Shown here piece after piece: positions 18,670 through 27,165 of a DNA stretch of 64,000 nt (position 1 is its first letter; each line of letters begins with the position of its first letter). The stretch spans positions 14,974-78,973 of the forward strand of contig DAOWCY010000002.1 in the NCBI GenBank assembly GCA_030639305.1, written 5' to 3'. A program made the translations under genes and the position numbers. The notes beneath the pieces are model-generated. The model searched no databases, had not been told where the DNA came from, and worked only from the letters and a program-made list of their open reading frames with translations. The DNA comes from Candidatus Aminicenantes bacterium. GTDB lineage: Bacteria; Acidobacteriota; Aminicenantia; UBA2199.

Positions 18670-19815
18670 ATGAAAAAAGTTAAAGCTAACCCCATGTTCC
18701 GCTACCTGATGGTGCTGACAATCTGTTCCGCCGTGGGCCTGCAAACCTGGCGCACCCTGTTTAACAACTTCGCCGTGGAAACCGTAGGTTTGGCTGGAAA
18801 CCATATCGGCATTATCCAGTCAGCTAGAGAAATACCGGGCTTCCTGGCCCTTTTAGTGGTCTTTATATTATTGTTTATCAAAGAATACCGCATCTCCGCC
18901 TTATCTATCCTGACAATGGGGGCCGGTGTGGCGGCAGCAGGTTTACTGCCTTCTTACGGGGGGGTTATCCTGACCACTATGGTGATGAGTTTCGGTTTTC
19001 ACTATTATGAAACCACCAACCAATCTCTGACCCTGCAGTATTTCAGCAGGGAAACGTCCCCCTGGGTGCTGGGCAAACTGAGGAGTTTTTCCGCGGCTGC
19101 AAATATCGCGGTAGGGGTTTTTATATTCCTAACCGCGCCTTTTTTGAGTTATGCCCAACTCTTCCCGGTTATCGGCCTGCTGCTTATGACCGGGGCGACC
19201 TGGGCCCTGTTCCAGGACCCCACCCAAAAAGATATCCCACCGCAGCGAAAAAAAATGATCTTTAAAAAAAAATACAGGCTCTACTATTTTCTTACTTTTA
19301 TGGCCGGTGCGCGGCGGCAGATTTTTGTCGCTTTTGCCGTTTTTCTTTTAGTAAAAAAGTTCAACTTCTCTGTCCGGGAGATTACGGTTCTTTTTGTGGT
19401 CAACAACATTATCAACTATTTTGCCAGCCCCTTAATAGGCAGGGCTATTATCAAATACGGTGAAAGAAAAGTGCTGTCCTTAGAGTATTTCAGCTTGATT
19501 TTTATTTTTCTTGCCTATGCCGTGGTGCAGCAGAAATTAGTCATGGCGCTGTTATATATTTTCGATCATCTTTTCTTTAATTTTTCCATAGCGATTCGCA
19601 CCTATTTCCAGAAAACAGGCGACCCGCGGGACATTGCTCCGAGTATGGCTGTGGGTTTTACTATCAATCATATTGCGGCGGTGGCGCTGCCGGTTGTGGG
19701 TGGTTTTCTATGGATGATCGATTACCGCATTCCTTTTATCGGTGGGGCTTTTTTCAGCCTGATCTCTCTCCTGGCAGTACAAAAAATCCCCCAATATATA
19801 AAGCCCAAAACCTAA
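18670..19815 (+). CDS. Polytopic membrane transporter (MFS-like)
   Basis: 381 aa with about 10-12 hydrophobic helices and a central cytoplasmic basic loop (PQRKKMIFKKKYR), typical of the MFS 6+6 topology. No definitive signature was seen. Confidence 0.5.
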   Translation: MKKVKANPMFRYLMVLTICSAVGLQTWRTLFNNFAVETVGLAGNHIGIIQSAREIPGFLALLVVFILLFIKEYRISALSILTMGAGVAAAGLLPSYGGVILTTMVMSFGFHYYETTNQSLTLQYFSRETSPWVLGKLRSFSAAANIAVGVFIFLTAPFLSYAQLFPVIGLLLMTGATWALFQDPTQKDIPPQRKKMIFKKKYRLYYFLTFMAGARRQIFVAFAVFLLVKKFNFSVREITVLFVVNNIINYFASPLIGRAIIKYGERKVLSLEYFSLIFIFLAYAVVQQKLVMALLYIFDHLFFNFSIAIRTYFQKTGDPRDIAPSMAVGFTINHIAAVALPVVGGFLWMIDYRIPFIGGAFFSLISLLAVQKIPQYIKPKT

Positions 19816-19971
19816 GCCACATGCCACCAAGCCTATTAACAAAAGTTTTTGGAAGCCCCACTTCCCGGGGAAGCATTAAGGGAGCTAAAAAAAAATTATT
19901 TTTTTAATTGAATTAAATAAAAAATGATTTTATAATAGTAGTATGGATTACACAAAAGAAAGGAGTCGAGA

Positions 19972-20268
19972 ATGACCAAAGATGAAGTGTTGAATTTTCT
20001 GAAAGAAAAAAAAGACGAGTTAAAAGATAAATTTGACATAGAAGAAATCGGTCTCTTCGGCAGTTATTCAAGAGGAGACTATAACAAAAAAAGCGACATC
20101 GATATCGTATATGTGCTGAAAGAAGTCAATAAATTCGGCTTTTCAGAATACTTGCGATTGGAGGAATTATTATCGATGCAGTTCAAGAAAAAAATTGAAC
20201 TGATCAATTATAAATACATGAATCCCATTATAAAACATAACGCAAAAAAGGAAATCATCTATGTTTGA
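19972..20268 (+). CDS. Nucleotidyltransferase antitoxin (MNT, HepT/MNT system)
   Basis: GSYSRGDYNKKSDIDIVYV is the GSx(n)DxD minimal nucleotidyltransferase motif. 98 aa. Overlaps the downstream HepT-like gene. Confidence 0.8.
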   Translation: MTKDEVLNFLKEKKDELKDKFDIEEIGLFGSYSRGDYNKKSDIDIVYVLKEVNKFGFSEYLRLEELLSMQFKKKIELINYKYMNPIIKHNAKKEIIYV

Positions 20269-20683
20269 TAAAAAAAACCTTGTCTACGTATTGACTATCC
20301 TGGAAAGCATTGAAAAAATCATGATTTACTCCCATGGGTTTGAAAACGCTGATGATTTTTTGTGGGCCAACCAACAACTAAACTTTAACGGAACGGTAAA
20401 TCTCTTAATTGCCATTGGCGAAGAATCAAAGAAAATCGATGTTAAACTTAAAGAGGAATTTCCCGGCATCGAGTGGAAAGCAATTGCTGGGATAAGAGAC
20501 AAACTATCTCACGATTATAGAGGAATCGATCCCAATATCCTATGGAATGTTATACAAAACAAATTAAATGATCTAAAATTGACTTTGATCAAAATGCTCG
20601 ATAGAATTAATTATGACAATGAAGCATTAACCGAAGCATTAAAAACAAAGTATTACTCTCATTTAAGTTATTTAGAATCCTAA
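20261..20683 (+). CDS. HepT-like (DUF86) toxin with RX4HXY motif
   Basis: RDKLSHDY fits R-x4-H-x-Y. 140 aa. Its start overlaps the MNT stop by 8 nt, the usual genetic coupling. Confidence 0.8.
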   Translation: MFDKKNLVYVLTILESIEKIMIYSHGFENADDFLWANQQLNFNGTVNLLIAIGEESKKIDVKLKEEFPGIEWKAIAGIRDKLSHDYRGIDPNILWNVIQNKLNDLKLTLIKMLDRINYDNEALTEALKTKYYSHLSYLES

Positions 20684-20740
20684 AAAAATGATTGATAAGG
20701 ACGGGTTACTTCGACGAAACAACACAAATACCAGGACACT

Positions 20741-22105
20741 TCACCGGAAATAAAAGCCGATAAAAAAAGACTGCCTATGCAAACGGTACACAGCGCCGGG
20801 TTCAGCGCTGTACTCGAAATCATTAAAAGGATAATAATACCTGAACCCCAACGCAATAACAGGAAATTCCGGTCTCCTGGTTTTCCTCAAAAAAGCGAGC
20901 CGCAGCCTGACCATCATATAAACCCCGTAACTTAAATCACTGCCGCCGCCTGCCACCCGGTCGTCTCTCTGCCCGGAAACAAAAACGTAATCCCGGTCGA
21001 ATATCCCGGCTGCGTAAGGACCGCCGGATATATCCACCAAAAACCGGCGGCCGGGGCCGGACAGGGTAAAGACCTTTCCTAAACTTATCCCGGCGTAAGA
21101 TTTTTTCGTTGACCATAGGCCCCCTGCGATAGAAACATCCTCCGCCCTGAATCTGCGATAAAATAATCCTATTTCGTAACTCTTTTTTAAAAGCATGGAG
21201 AAAAAGAATTCACTTTCCGAAAAATGAGTACCCGCGGTTTCGACTTTTTCCCGCAGCCCCTGCCTGTATACATAATAGCGGAACCGGGGGAAAGCAGATA
21301 ACAAAAGTCCGAATCGCGTTTTGGGTTTATAAGCCTTCGATTCATTAGATTTTGCATTTTTTTTGATATTTTTTTTTTGACTCCGGGGCTGCGGTGCAGC
21401 CGGGACAGTCGCCTCAACTGCAGCGCCGGGATATTCGAAAATAAACTTTTCCTCATTAATATATCTATTATATACTACCAGCTTAATAAAATCCTCCTGC
21501 TCCTTCCCTGATCTCTTCCCTACCTGTACGATTCTTTTGTTAATCCCCTTTTCCAGCACACCGCTGAGCAGCAGCGCGGAACCGGGGCCAAAAATTTCAT
21601 ACCCACAGGCAGCGGAAGATTCTATGTGCAGCGTGAGCTTAAAAAAAACGCCCAAATCCTGTACCTGCGCCTCTATACCGACTAAAGGAAATTCCCGCTC
21701 ACAGGCTGCTTTGAATTTCAAAATATCGTCCCTGACTGCCTGCCGGTCCGGCAGCAAAAAACCTAAGTCCCGGTCTTGAGCCGCGAATTCTTCAAAAAAA
21801 CGCTCGAGCCAATAAGAAACCTGCTTACTTTCCGCGCCGGCTGACTTAGAGTACACATCCCCCAGGGCAGGAACAACAGCACGCTCCGCCTGCATTTGTT
21901 GAAAAGAATAAGCCAGGATCAACGCGGCGGCGCCCTTCTCAGCCGCCGGGACTGCCTCGAACCGTCCGGCCAATTCCGCGCTTAATTTATCGAAAACCAT
22001 AAAATCCCCTAAGTGGCGTTTCACTATTTCCTGCCAATCGGCGCACAATAAAGAACTCAACATGACACAAGAAAACAAAAAAATCAAAATTCTTCTTTTT
22101 ATCAC
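20741..22105 (-). CDS. Secreted hypothetical protein, possibly outer membrane
   Basis: Signal peptide MIKRRILIFLFSCVMLSSLLCADW. 454 aa. C-terminal alternating hydrophobic pattern ending GFYFR. No known motif. Confidence 0.5.
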   Translation of the reverse strand: MIKRRILIFLFSCVMLSSLLCADWQEIVKRHLGDFMVFDKLSAELAGRFEAVPAAEKGAAALILAYSFQQMQAERAVVPALGDVYSKSAGAESKQVSYWLERFFEEFAAQDRDLGFLLPDRQAVRDDILKFKAACEREFPLVGIEAQVQDLGVFFKLTLHIESSAACGYEIFGPGSALLLSGVLEKGINKRIVQVGKRSGKEQEDFIKLVVYNRYINEEKFIFEYPGAAVEATVPAAPQPRSQKKNIKKNAKSNESKAYKPKTRFGLLLSAFPRFRYYVYRQGLREKVETAGTHFSESEFFFSMLLKKSYEIGLFYRRFRAEDVSIAGGLWSTKKSYAGISLGKVFTLSGPGRRFLVDISGGPYAAGIFDRDYVFVSGQRDDRVAGGGSDLSYGVYMMVRLRLAFLRKTRRPEFPVIALGFRYYYPFNDFEYSAEPGAVYRLHRQSFFIGFYFR

Positions 22106-23137
22106 TTAATCCTCCAGCGGGACTAACACAATCCTGACGAATATTTTTTTATCTTTTACTAAAACTTCCCAATCGGGAATTTTATTTATACTAACAAAAT
22201 CTCTAAACACATTATTGACCAGCACGGCTTCCCCGCTGCTGCTAATAAAAATTTGCCCCCTGGCTAAATAACCGGCCCGGTTCAATTCGAGCAATTTTTT
22301 ATCTTGCATCGAAAGAGCAGACAAAACGGCTGCTTTTAATTTCTTTCTTTTCGCCCTCTTACTGCGGCTGACGCGGTCGATAATATCATTCAAAATTAGG
22401 CGGCTATCGGACCCGGCTCTTTTAATCCTGTACAAATAAATCTTCGAGGATATGTATCTAAAAGAATATTTTTTCTTATCCACAACCTGCCGGAACTCGA
22501 GACTGCCTGCTCCCCCCACAACGCCGAAATCCAATTTTTTTTCTTGCCTCCGGCGGGTCAGAACCTTTTTGGAAAAAGGTTCCGACACCTCCAAAAACTT
22601 TTGTTTATTTCCGTCCGCCCCGGTTTTCTCTGCCTCGATGTTCCCCGGTTTTATGTCTTGCCCGGTGGAGCCTGTTTCATTACTTGCCGGGTCTCCAGGC
22701 CGAGCGCTTTCAGCAATGCCGCCGGAGTCTCTTGCCGGAGTCTCCTCCGGCTGCCGGTCACTGCCTGCTGCCGGGAGGTTTTGCTCTGCTTCGCCCGCTG
22801 CTTTTTTTTCGCCCTCTTCTCCGGTTAAACCGACGCTTTCACCCACTTTTTTTTCTATTTGTAAGCCGCTGTTTTTACCGGGCACTATAGTATTGCCGGA
22901 CTTGCCGTTATCCTCAACCAGGACGTTTATGGCGACTACCACAACAAAAACCACGATTATACCTATAATAGCAGATTTCAAAAACCGCTCCGGCACCGCG
23001 GTCTCTTCCGCCGCAGCCGCCGGCCCGGTATCATTTTTAGCGGGATAGTCGTATTCCTCACCGGCAATAACTATCCTGCCTCTATAAAGCCCTTCCTCTT
23101 CGAGAGCTTTCAGGAATGTCTCGATTCCGGCCAACAT
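22106..23137 (-). CDS. Membrane-anchored hypothetical protein with a low-complexity Gly/Glu/Pro linker
   Basis: One TM helix (IIGIIVVFVVVVAINVL), an acidic or Gly-rich linker and a basic C-terminal domain. Its stop abuts the start of the downstream gene. Confidence 0.5.
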   Translation of the reverse strand: MLAGIETFLKALEEEGLYRGRIVIAGEEYDYPAKNDTGPAAAAEETAVPERFLKSAIIGIIVVFVVVVAINVLVEDNGKSGNTIVPGKNSGLQIEKKVGESVGLTGEEGEKKAAGEAEQNLPAAGSDRQPEETPARDSGGIAESARPGDPASNETGSTGQDIKPGNIEAEKTGADGNKQKFLEVSEPFSKKVLTRRRQEKKLDFGVVGGAGSLEFRQVVDKKKYSFRYISSKIYLYRIKRAGSDSRLILNDIIDRVSRSKRAKRKKLKAAVLSALSMQDKKLLELNRAGYLARGQIFISSSGEAVLVNNVFRDFVSINKIPDWEVLVKDKKIFVRIVLVPLED

Positions 23138-23303
23138 GAACCTCGCTTAAAAAACTCTATCCTATCATATTCCATAACCTACAAATTACCACAAAAGTCC
23201 GCATTTTTCAATAGCGCTGCGTGCAATTATCAGGCATTTTTCTAAATTCGCCAAACTTGACAACGATGCACTCAAATAAATTTTATAAAAACATCATAAG
23301 ATA

Positions 23304-23332
23304 GTTGACAAAATCGAAAAATCATACTATAA
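23304..23332 (+). promoter_or_regulatory. Consensus sigma70 promoter upstream of hsp20
   Basis: TTGACA (23304-23309), a 17-nt spacer, then TATAAT (23327-23332). AAGGAG RBS precedes ATG 23374. Confidence 0.55.
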
Positions 23333-23373
23333 TAATACCTTAAGATAAAAAATTAGAACAAAGGAGACAAAAA

Positions 23374-23820
23374 ATGACTTTAGTAAAAATGAGACCTTAT
23401 GGTGATTGGTTAGGTATGCGCAGAAGATTTAACCAACTGTTAGAGAATAATTTGTTCCAGGATGATGCGGTGACTTCACTTTCCGATGCTTCCTGGAACC
23501 CGGCTACCGATATTTTCGAGACCAAAGACGAATATGTATTCAAGGTTGAGCTACCCGGCATGAGCAAAGAAGACATTAATATCGAGTTCGAAGACGGTGT
23601 TTTAACTGTAAATGGCGAAAGAAAAGAGGAACAAGAGGTAAAAGAAGACGATTACTTCCGCTGTGAGAGATGTCACGGTGTCTTTTCCAGGTCTTTCACT
23701 TTACCCAAAAATATCGACAGCAAGAAGATAAATGCCAAAATGAAAAACGGTATCCTGGAGCTGAAAGTTCCGAAAGCTGAAGAGGTCAAAGCAAAGGCCA
23801 TCCCGGTCACAGTAGACTAA
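23374..23820 (+). CDS. Small heat-shock protein, Hsp20/alpha-crystallin family
   Basis: 148 aa. The alpha-crystallin domain segment VELPGMSKEDINIEFEDGVLTVNGERK...FSRSFTLP is typical of IbpA/Hsp20. Confidence 0.9.
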   Translation: MTLVKMRPYGDWLGMRRRFNQLLENNLFQDDAVTSLSDASWNPATDIFETKDEYVFKVELPGMSKEDINIEFEDGVLTVNGERKEEQEVKEDDYFRCERCHGVFSRSFTLPKNIDSKKINAKMKNGILELKVPKAEEVKAKAIPVTVD

Positions 23821-23858
23821 CGACTAATAACCGTAGGTTAACGATAAAACAGTAAAAG

Positions 23859-23893
23859 AGGCAGCTTGCTAACCGCAGGCTGCTTTTTTTTTG
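23859..23893 (+). terminator. Rho-independent terminator after hsp20
   Basis: Hairpin GCAGCTTGCTAACCGCAGGCTGC followed by a T9 run. Confidence 0.5.
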
Positions 23894-23905
23894 CCCTGTC
23901 ACTTT

Positions 23906-24071
23906 GCCTCCGGCGGTGCGCCGCACCCAGCCTATAAGCCTCCGGCGGCGCTTCTCGCTTTTAAATTATCAAAAGTTTTGATCAAACTTTTTCAAAAGTT
24001 TGGCCCCCGGCAGGGTCCTGCCGCGCAGCGGCTTAACGCCACCCCACGCGCGTGGGGCCGCCGGAGGCAAA
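23906..24071. repeat. Intergenic repeat: GGTGCGCCGCACCCAGCCTATAAGCC module plus the long family-A element in reverse
   Basis: GCCTCCGGCGG and CCGCCGGAGGC at the two ends form terminal inverted repeats. The core is near-identical to the reverse complement of 63838-63945. Confidence 0.9.
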
Positions 24072-24087
24072 GAATAATTTGTGTGAA

Positions 24088-25119
24088 TTAGTGTAATCTG
24101 TGGGCCGCTTTTTGGGGGCCGCGATTCCTTCCTGCCCCCCGGTGTAGCAGAAAGACTAACCCGCCGCACAAGGCGTAAATATACTTCATGCCTAAGTCGA
24201 TCACCTCAACTGAAAGCGATACGGCCCCGGGAAATTTCATCAAGTGGGTAAACACATGTGTGCGCACCCCGATGCCGTTAACAGAAGGCACCGTCATCAA
24301 CAGGAAAACCAACACCGGCGCTTTTAGCAGGAAATCCACCGGCTCGGGCGCCTGCCCCAACGACCGGGCGATAAGATAATAGTAAACCACCATGCTAAAT
24401 TGAAACAGCAAGCTCACACTCAGGGCCAGGAACAAGGCCCGGGGGCGACGGTAATACATAGCCACTGCCCCGTAGGCTTTCTCTAAGAAAGAATGAATTT
24501 TCACGGGCAGGAATTTTCCTAAAAACTTCAGAATACGGGGCGCCACTTTGGGATGGGCCAGGTAGGCCAGCAGGACAAACCCGCCCAATATAGCCAGCAC
24601 AAAGCCCCAGGTGAGTTCTTCCTGGCCGCTCCGGCGGGAGAATTTTATAATCAAGGCAGCAGCGGCGATCAGGCCCAAAGCCATCATCCCGGTCAGGCGT
24701 TCGATAATCACCACCATCATGGAAGTGCCGGTATCGCCGGTTAATTTTTTACTTTCGATAACCCGCACCGCATCGCCGCCGATAGTGGAAGGCAGGATCG
24801 TATTAAAAAAAGCAGCCATAAAATAGTATTTGAAAAGCTGGCTGAATTTTGCATTTACTCCCTGGGGTTTCAGCAGGATTTTCCAGCGCAGGCTGATCAG
24901 GCTGAAACCTACCGTATGCAGCAGGAAAGCGGGGATCAGCCATATCAAAGAAGCGCCGGAAAAAGCGCGGCCGAATTTTTGCAGGGCCGCGCCTACGCTG
25001 CCTTCGTCTATAGAGAGAGTGTATAAGAAATAGCCGATCAGGCCTACGCTTACCGCGACGCGCAGCAGCAGTAACAGGATTTTCTTTTTTGATTTTTTGG
25101 AATTATTACCATTCATCAA
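24088..25119 (-). CDS. Lysylphosphatidylglycerol-synthase-TM-like / UPF0104 family flippase-like membrane protein
   Basis: 343 aa with 8 TM helices. The motif STIGGDAVRV is conserved in the LPG_synthase_TM (UPF0104) family. Confidence 0.65.
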   Translation of the reverse strand: MMNGNNSKKSKKKILLLLLRVAVSVGLIGYFLYTLSIDEGSVGAALQKFGRAFSGASLIWLIPAFLLHTVGFSLISLRWKILLKPQGVNAKFSQLFKYYFMAAFFNTILPSTIGGDAVRVIESKKLTGDTGTSMMVVIIERLTGMMALGLIAAAALIIKFSRRSGQEELTWGFVLAILGGFVLLAYLAHPKVAPRILKFLGKFLPVKIHSFLEKAYGAVAMYYRRPRALFLALSVSLLFQFSMVVYYYLIARSLGQAPEPVDFLLKAPVLVFLLMTVPSVNGIGVRTHVFTHLMKFPGAVSLSVEVIDLGMKYIYALCGGLVFLLHRGAGRNRGPQKAAHRLH

Positions 25120-25333
25120 CTATTTTATCTGCTTGAGTATTAGTCAGATAGTCTCCTTTTTCTATTTGTTTTTTGGCATTATCTAACTGCTCCAACTGCC
25201 GGTTCGATAATTCCAGCGGCGCTGGGGGTGTATTTTTTTCGTCTACTAATTTTTTTATTGAAAGCAAAAAATCTTTATCGTTTATGTTTTCGATACCTTC
25301 ATGCAGTCTTGATTTTATTTCAACTGTGGTCAT
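25106..25333 (-). CDS. Hypothetical small protein (antitoxin-like, unassigned)
   Basis: 75-aa helical, charged ORF. No motif recognised. Overlaps the start of the downstream membrane-protein gene by 14 nt. Confidence 0.3.
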   Translation of the reverse strand: MTTVEIKSRLHEGIENINDKDFLLSIKKLVDEKNTPPAPLELSNRQLEQLDNAKKQIEKGDYLTNTQADKIVDEW

Positions 25334-25418
25334 TTTTTACTCCGACTACAATATAATGCTTTTATTGCTTCCAGTCAACCCCAAAAAAAATTTTAAGCCT
25401 CCGGGGGCCAAACTTTTT

Positions 25419-25664
25419 TTAATTAGGTGTGCACAAGTTCTTGCCTGTTTTTTGCTCACGTTCTTTTAACAGGGCGGCAACAAGTTTACCGTTACCTGAT
25501 CCCCTGAGTCTTCGCATCGCTGCAACCGCCTGTTTCTTTTTCAATATTTCTAAGGCTGATTTGTTGTCCTCAAAAGTGACTGTTAAACGAGTTTCCGCAG
25601 GGAATTTAACGTGGCCTAACAAATCTTGAAACTCCGATAATGTTATCTTTTCAAGCGTCGGCAT
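25419..25664 (-). CDS. Hypothetical small protein
   Basis: 81-aa ORF with an ATG start. No domain recognised. Confidence 0.3.
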   Translation of the reverse strand: MPTLEKITLSEFQDLLGHVKFPAETRLTVTFEDNKSALEILKKKQAVAAMRRLRGSGNGKLVAALLKEREQKTGKNLCTPN

Positions 25665-25750
25665 AATAAATTTAGTACCTCCTTTTCCAGTATAAGATTA
25701 CTAAATAACACAAATAGTATAAAATTTCAAGATATTCGGCAAAAAAACAA

Positions 25751-25834
25751 ACTTTTGGTCAGAGCCTGGTTGGAGATACTGTTCCCAGGCCCCTCATAGG
25801 TTGGAGTGCGCCGACCCCCGCCGTCCGCTCGACG
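25751..25834 (+). repeat. Family-D repeat (..TTCCCAGGCCCCTCATAGGTTGGAGTGCGCCG..)
   Basis: Shares a core of about 60 nt with 35735-35826 and 37832-37927, all in the same orientation. It sits directly upstream of ispG. Confidence 0.75.
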
Positions 25835-25863
25835 AAACCTCAACATTCTGCTATAATCTATTT

Positions 25864-26919
25864 ATGAAACGAGAAATTTTTATCGGCGGCGTGGGTGTCG
25901 GCGGTACACACCCGGTTTCTATCCAGTCTATGACCTCTACCCCTACCGGCGACGCCAAAGCCACACTGAAACAGATCGAAGCCCTAAAACAAGCCGGCTG
26001 CGAAATAGTTAGAGTAGGAATACCGGATAAAAACTGCTTAACCGCTTTCGCGGACATAGTAAAAAAATCCCCGCTGCCGGTAGTAGCGGATATTCATTTC
26101 CACGCCTTCCTGGCCCTGCGCGCCATCGAAGCTGGAGCACAGGGCATCAGGATCAATCCCGGCAACATGGGCAGTCCCGGGAAACTAAAAGAAATTCTAA
26201 TCCTGGCTAACCAGGCAAAAATCCCCATTCGCATCGGGGTGAATTCCGGGTCCATCGAAAAAAAATACCGGCAGCAAAAAGGAACCAAAGCGGAAATCAT
26301 GGTCAGGTCGGTAATGGATAAGGTGAAGTTTTTCGAAGACAACGGTTTTTTTAATATGAAACTCTCTTTAAAATCATCTAATGTCAGGGAAACAGTCACC
26401 GCCTACCGCTTAATCGACAAAGAATGCGACTACCCTTTACATTTAGGAATCACAGAGGCCGGCACCTTTTTTTCCGGTACGGTTAAATCCGCGCTGGGCA
26501 TCGGCAGCCTGCTGCTGGACGGCATCGGCGATACTATCCGCGTCTCCTTAACCGATAACCCGGTGGAAGAAATCCGGGTGGCAGAGGAGATATTAAAAGT
26601 TACCGGTCTAAGAGATAAAGGAATAGAAATCATCTCCTGTCCCACCTGTTCGCGCACCACGGTAGACCTCATTGCTATCGTAAAAGAGGTAGAAAAGAAA
26701 ACAGCAGGTATCGAAACGGATAAAAAAATAACAGCCGCCATAATGGGCTGTGAAGTGAACGGCCCCGGCGAAGCCAGGGAAGCGGATATAGGCGTCGCTT
26801 TTTCCAAAAGCAGCGGTTATATTTTCAAGAAGGGCAAAAAGGTAGAAAAGATTGCCCCGCTCAAGGCCGCCGACAGGCTGATAGAACTCATCGAAGAAGC
26901 GGCTGCTCCCGGTTCTTAG
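25864..26919 (+). CDS. ispG: 4-hydroxy-3-methylbut-2-enyl diphosphate synthase (GcpE)
   Basis: MKREIFIGGVGVGGTHPVSIQSMT is the canonical IspG N-terminus. The C-terminal CPTCSRT...GCEVNGPGEA 4Fe-4S cysteines are present. Start was moved to ATG 25864. Confidence 0.9.
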   Translation: MKREIFIGGVGVGGTHPVSIQSMTSTPTGDAKATLKQIEALKQAGCEIVRVGIPDKNCLTAFADIVKKSPLPVVADIHFHAFLALRAIEAGAQGIRINPGNMGSPGKLKEILILANQAKIPIRIGVNSGSIEKKYRQQKGTKAEIMVRSVMDKVKFFEDNGFFNMKLSLKSSNVRETVTAYRLIDKECDYPLHLGITEAGTFFSGTVKSALGIGSLLLDGIGDTIRVSLTDNPVEEIRVAEEILKVTGLRDKGIEIISCPTCSRTTVDLIAIVKEVEKKTAGIETDKKITAAIMGCEVNGPGEAREADIGVAFSKSSGYIFKKGKKVEKIAPLKAADRLIELIEEAAAPGS

Positions 26920-27002
26920 GTAATGAAATGAACAGCGGACAAAAAACAATCGGTTCTATAAACCGGCAGAGCCGGGACAAATCTCTCCACGCTGTGGGAT
27001 TA

Positions 27003-27165
27003 GCAAAGTTTTTTTGGCGGTACAAGTTCTCCTCTCCCTTAACCCCTCCCCACGTGAAGGGGTCTGCAGTAGGGTTAACAAATTTTTTCTTGGAGGAGCA
27101 GGGTTGTTACTCGAAAGTCCCTTATAGGCTGCCCGTGCCGCGGGGCCGCGGGGCGGGGCTGCCCT
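27003..27165. repeat. Repeat-related GC-rich hairpin segment (CAGCCTATAAGG and CCCCACGTGAAGGGG modules) at the 3' end of the FG-GAP gene
   Basis: The CCTATAAGG module is shared with 12750, 23925 and 48465. It overlaps the last 15 codons or so of the minus-strand gene 27122-30157. Confidence 0.4.
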
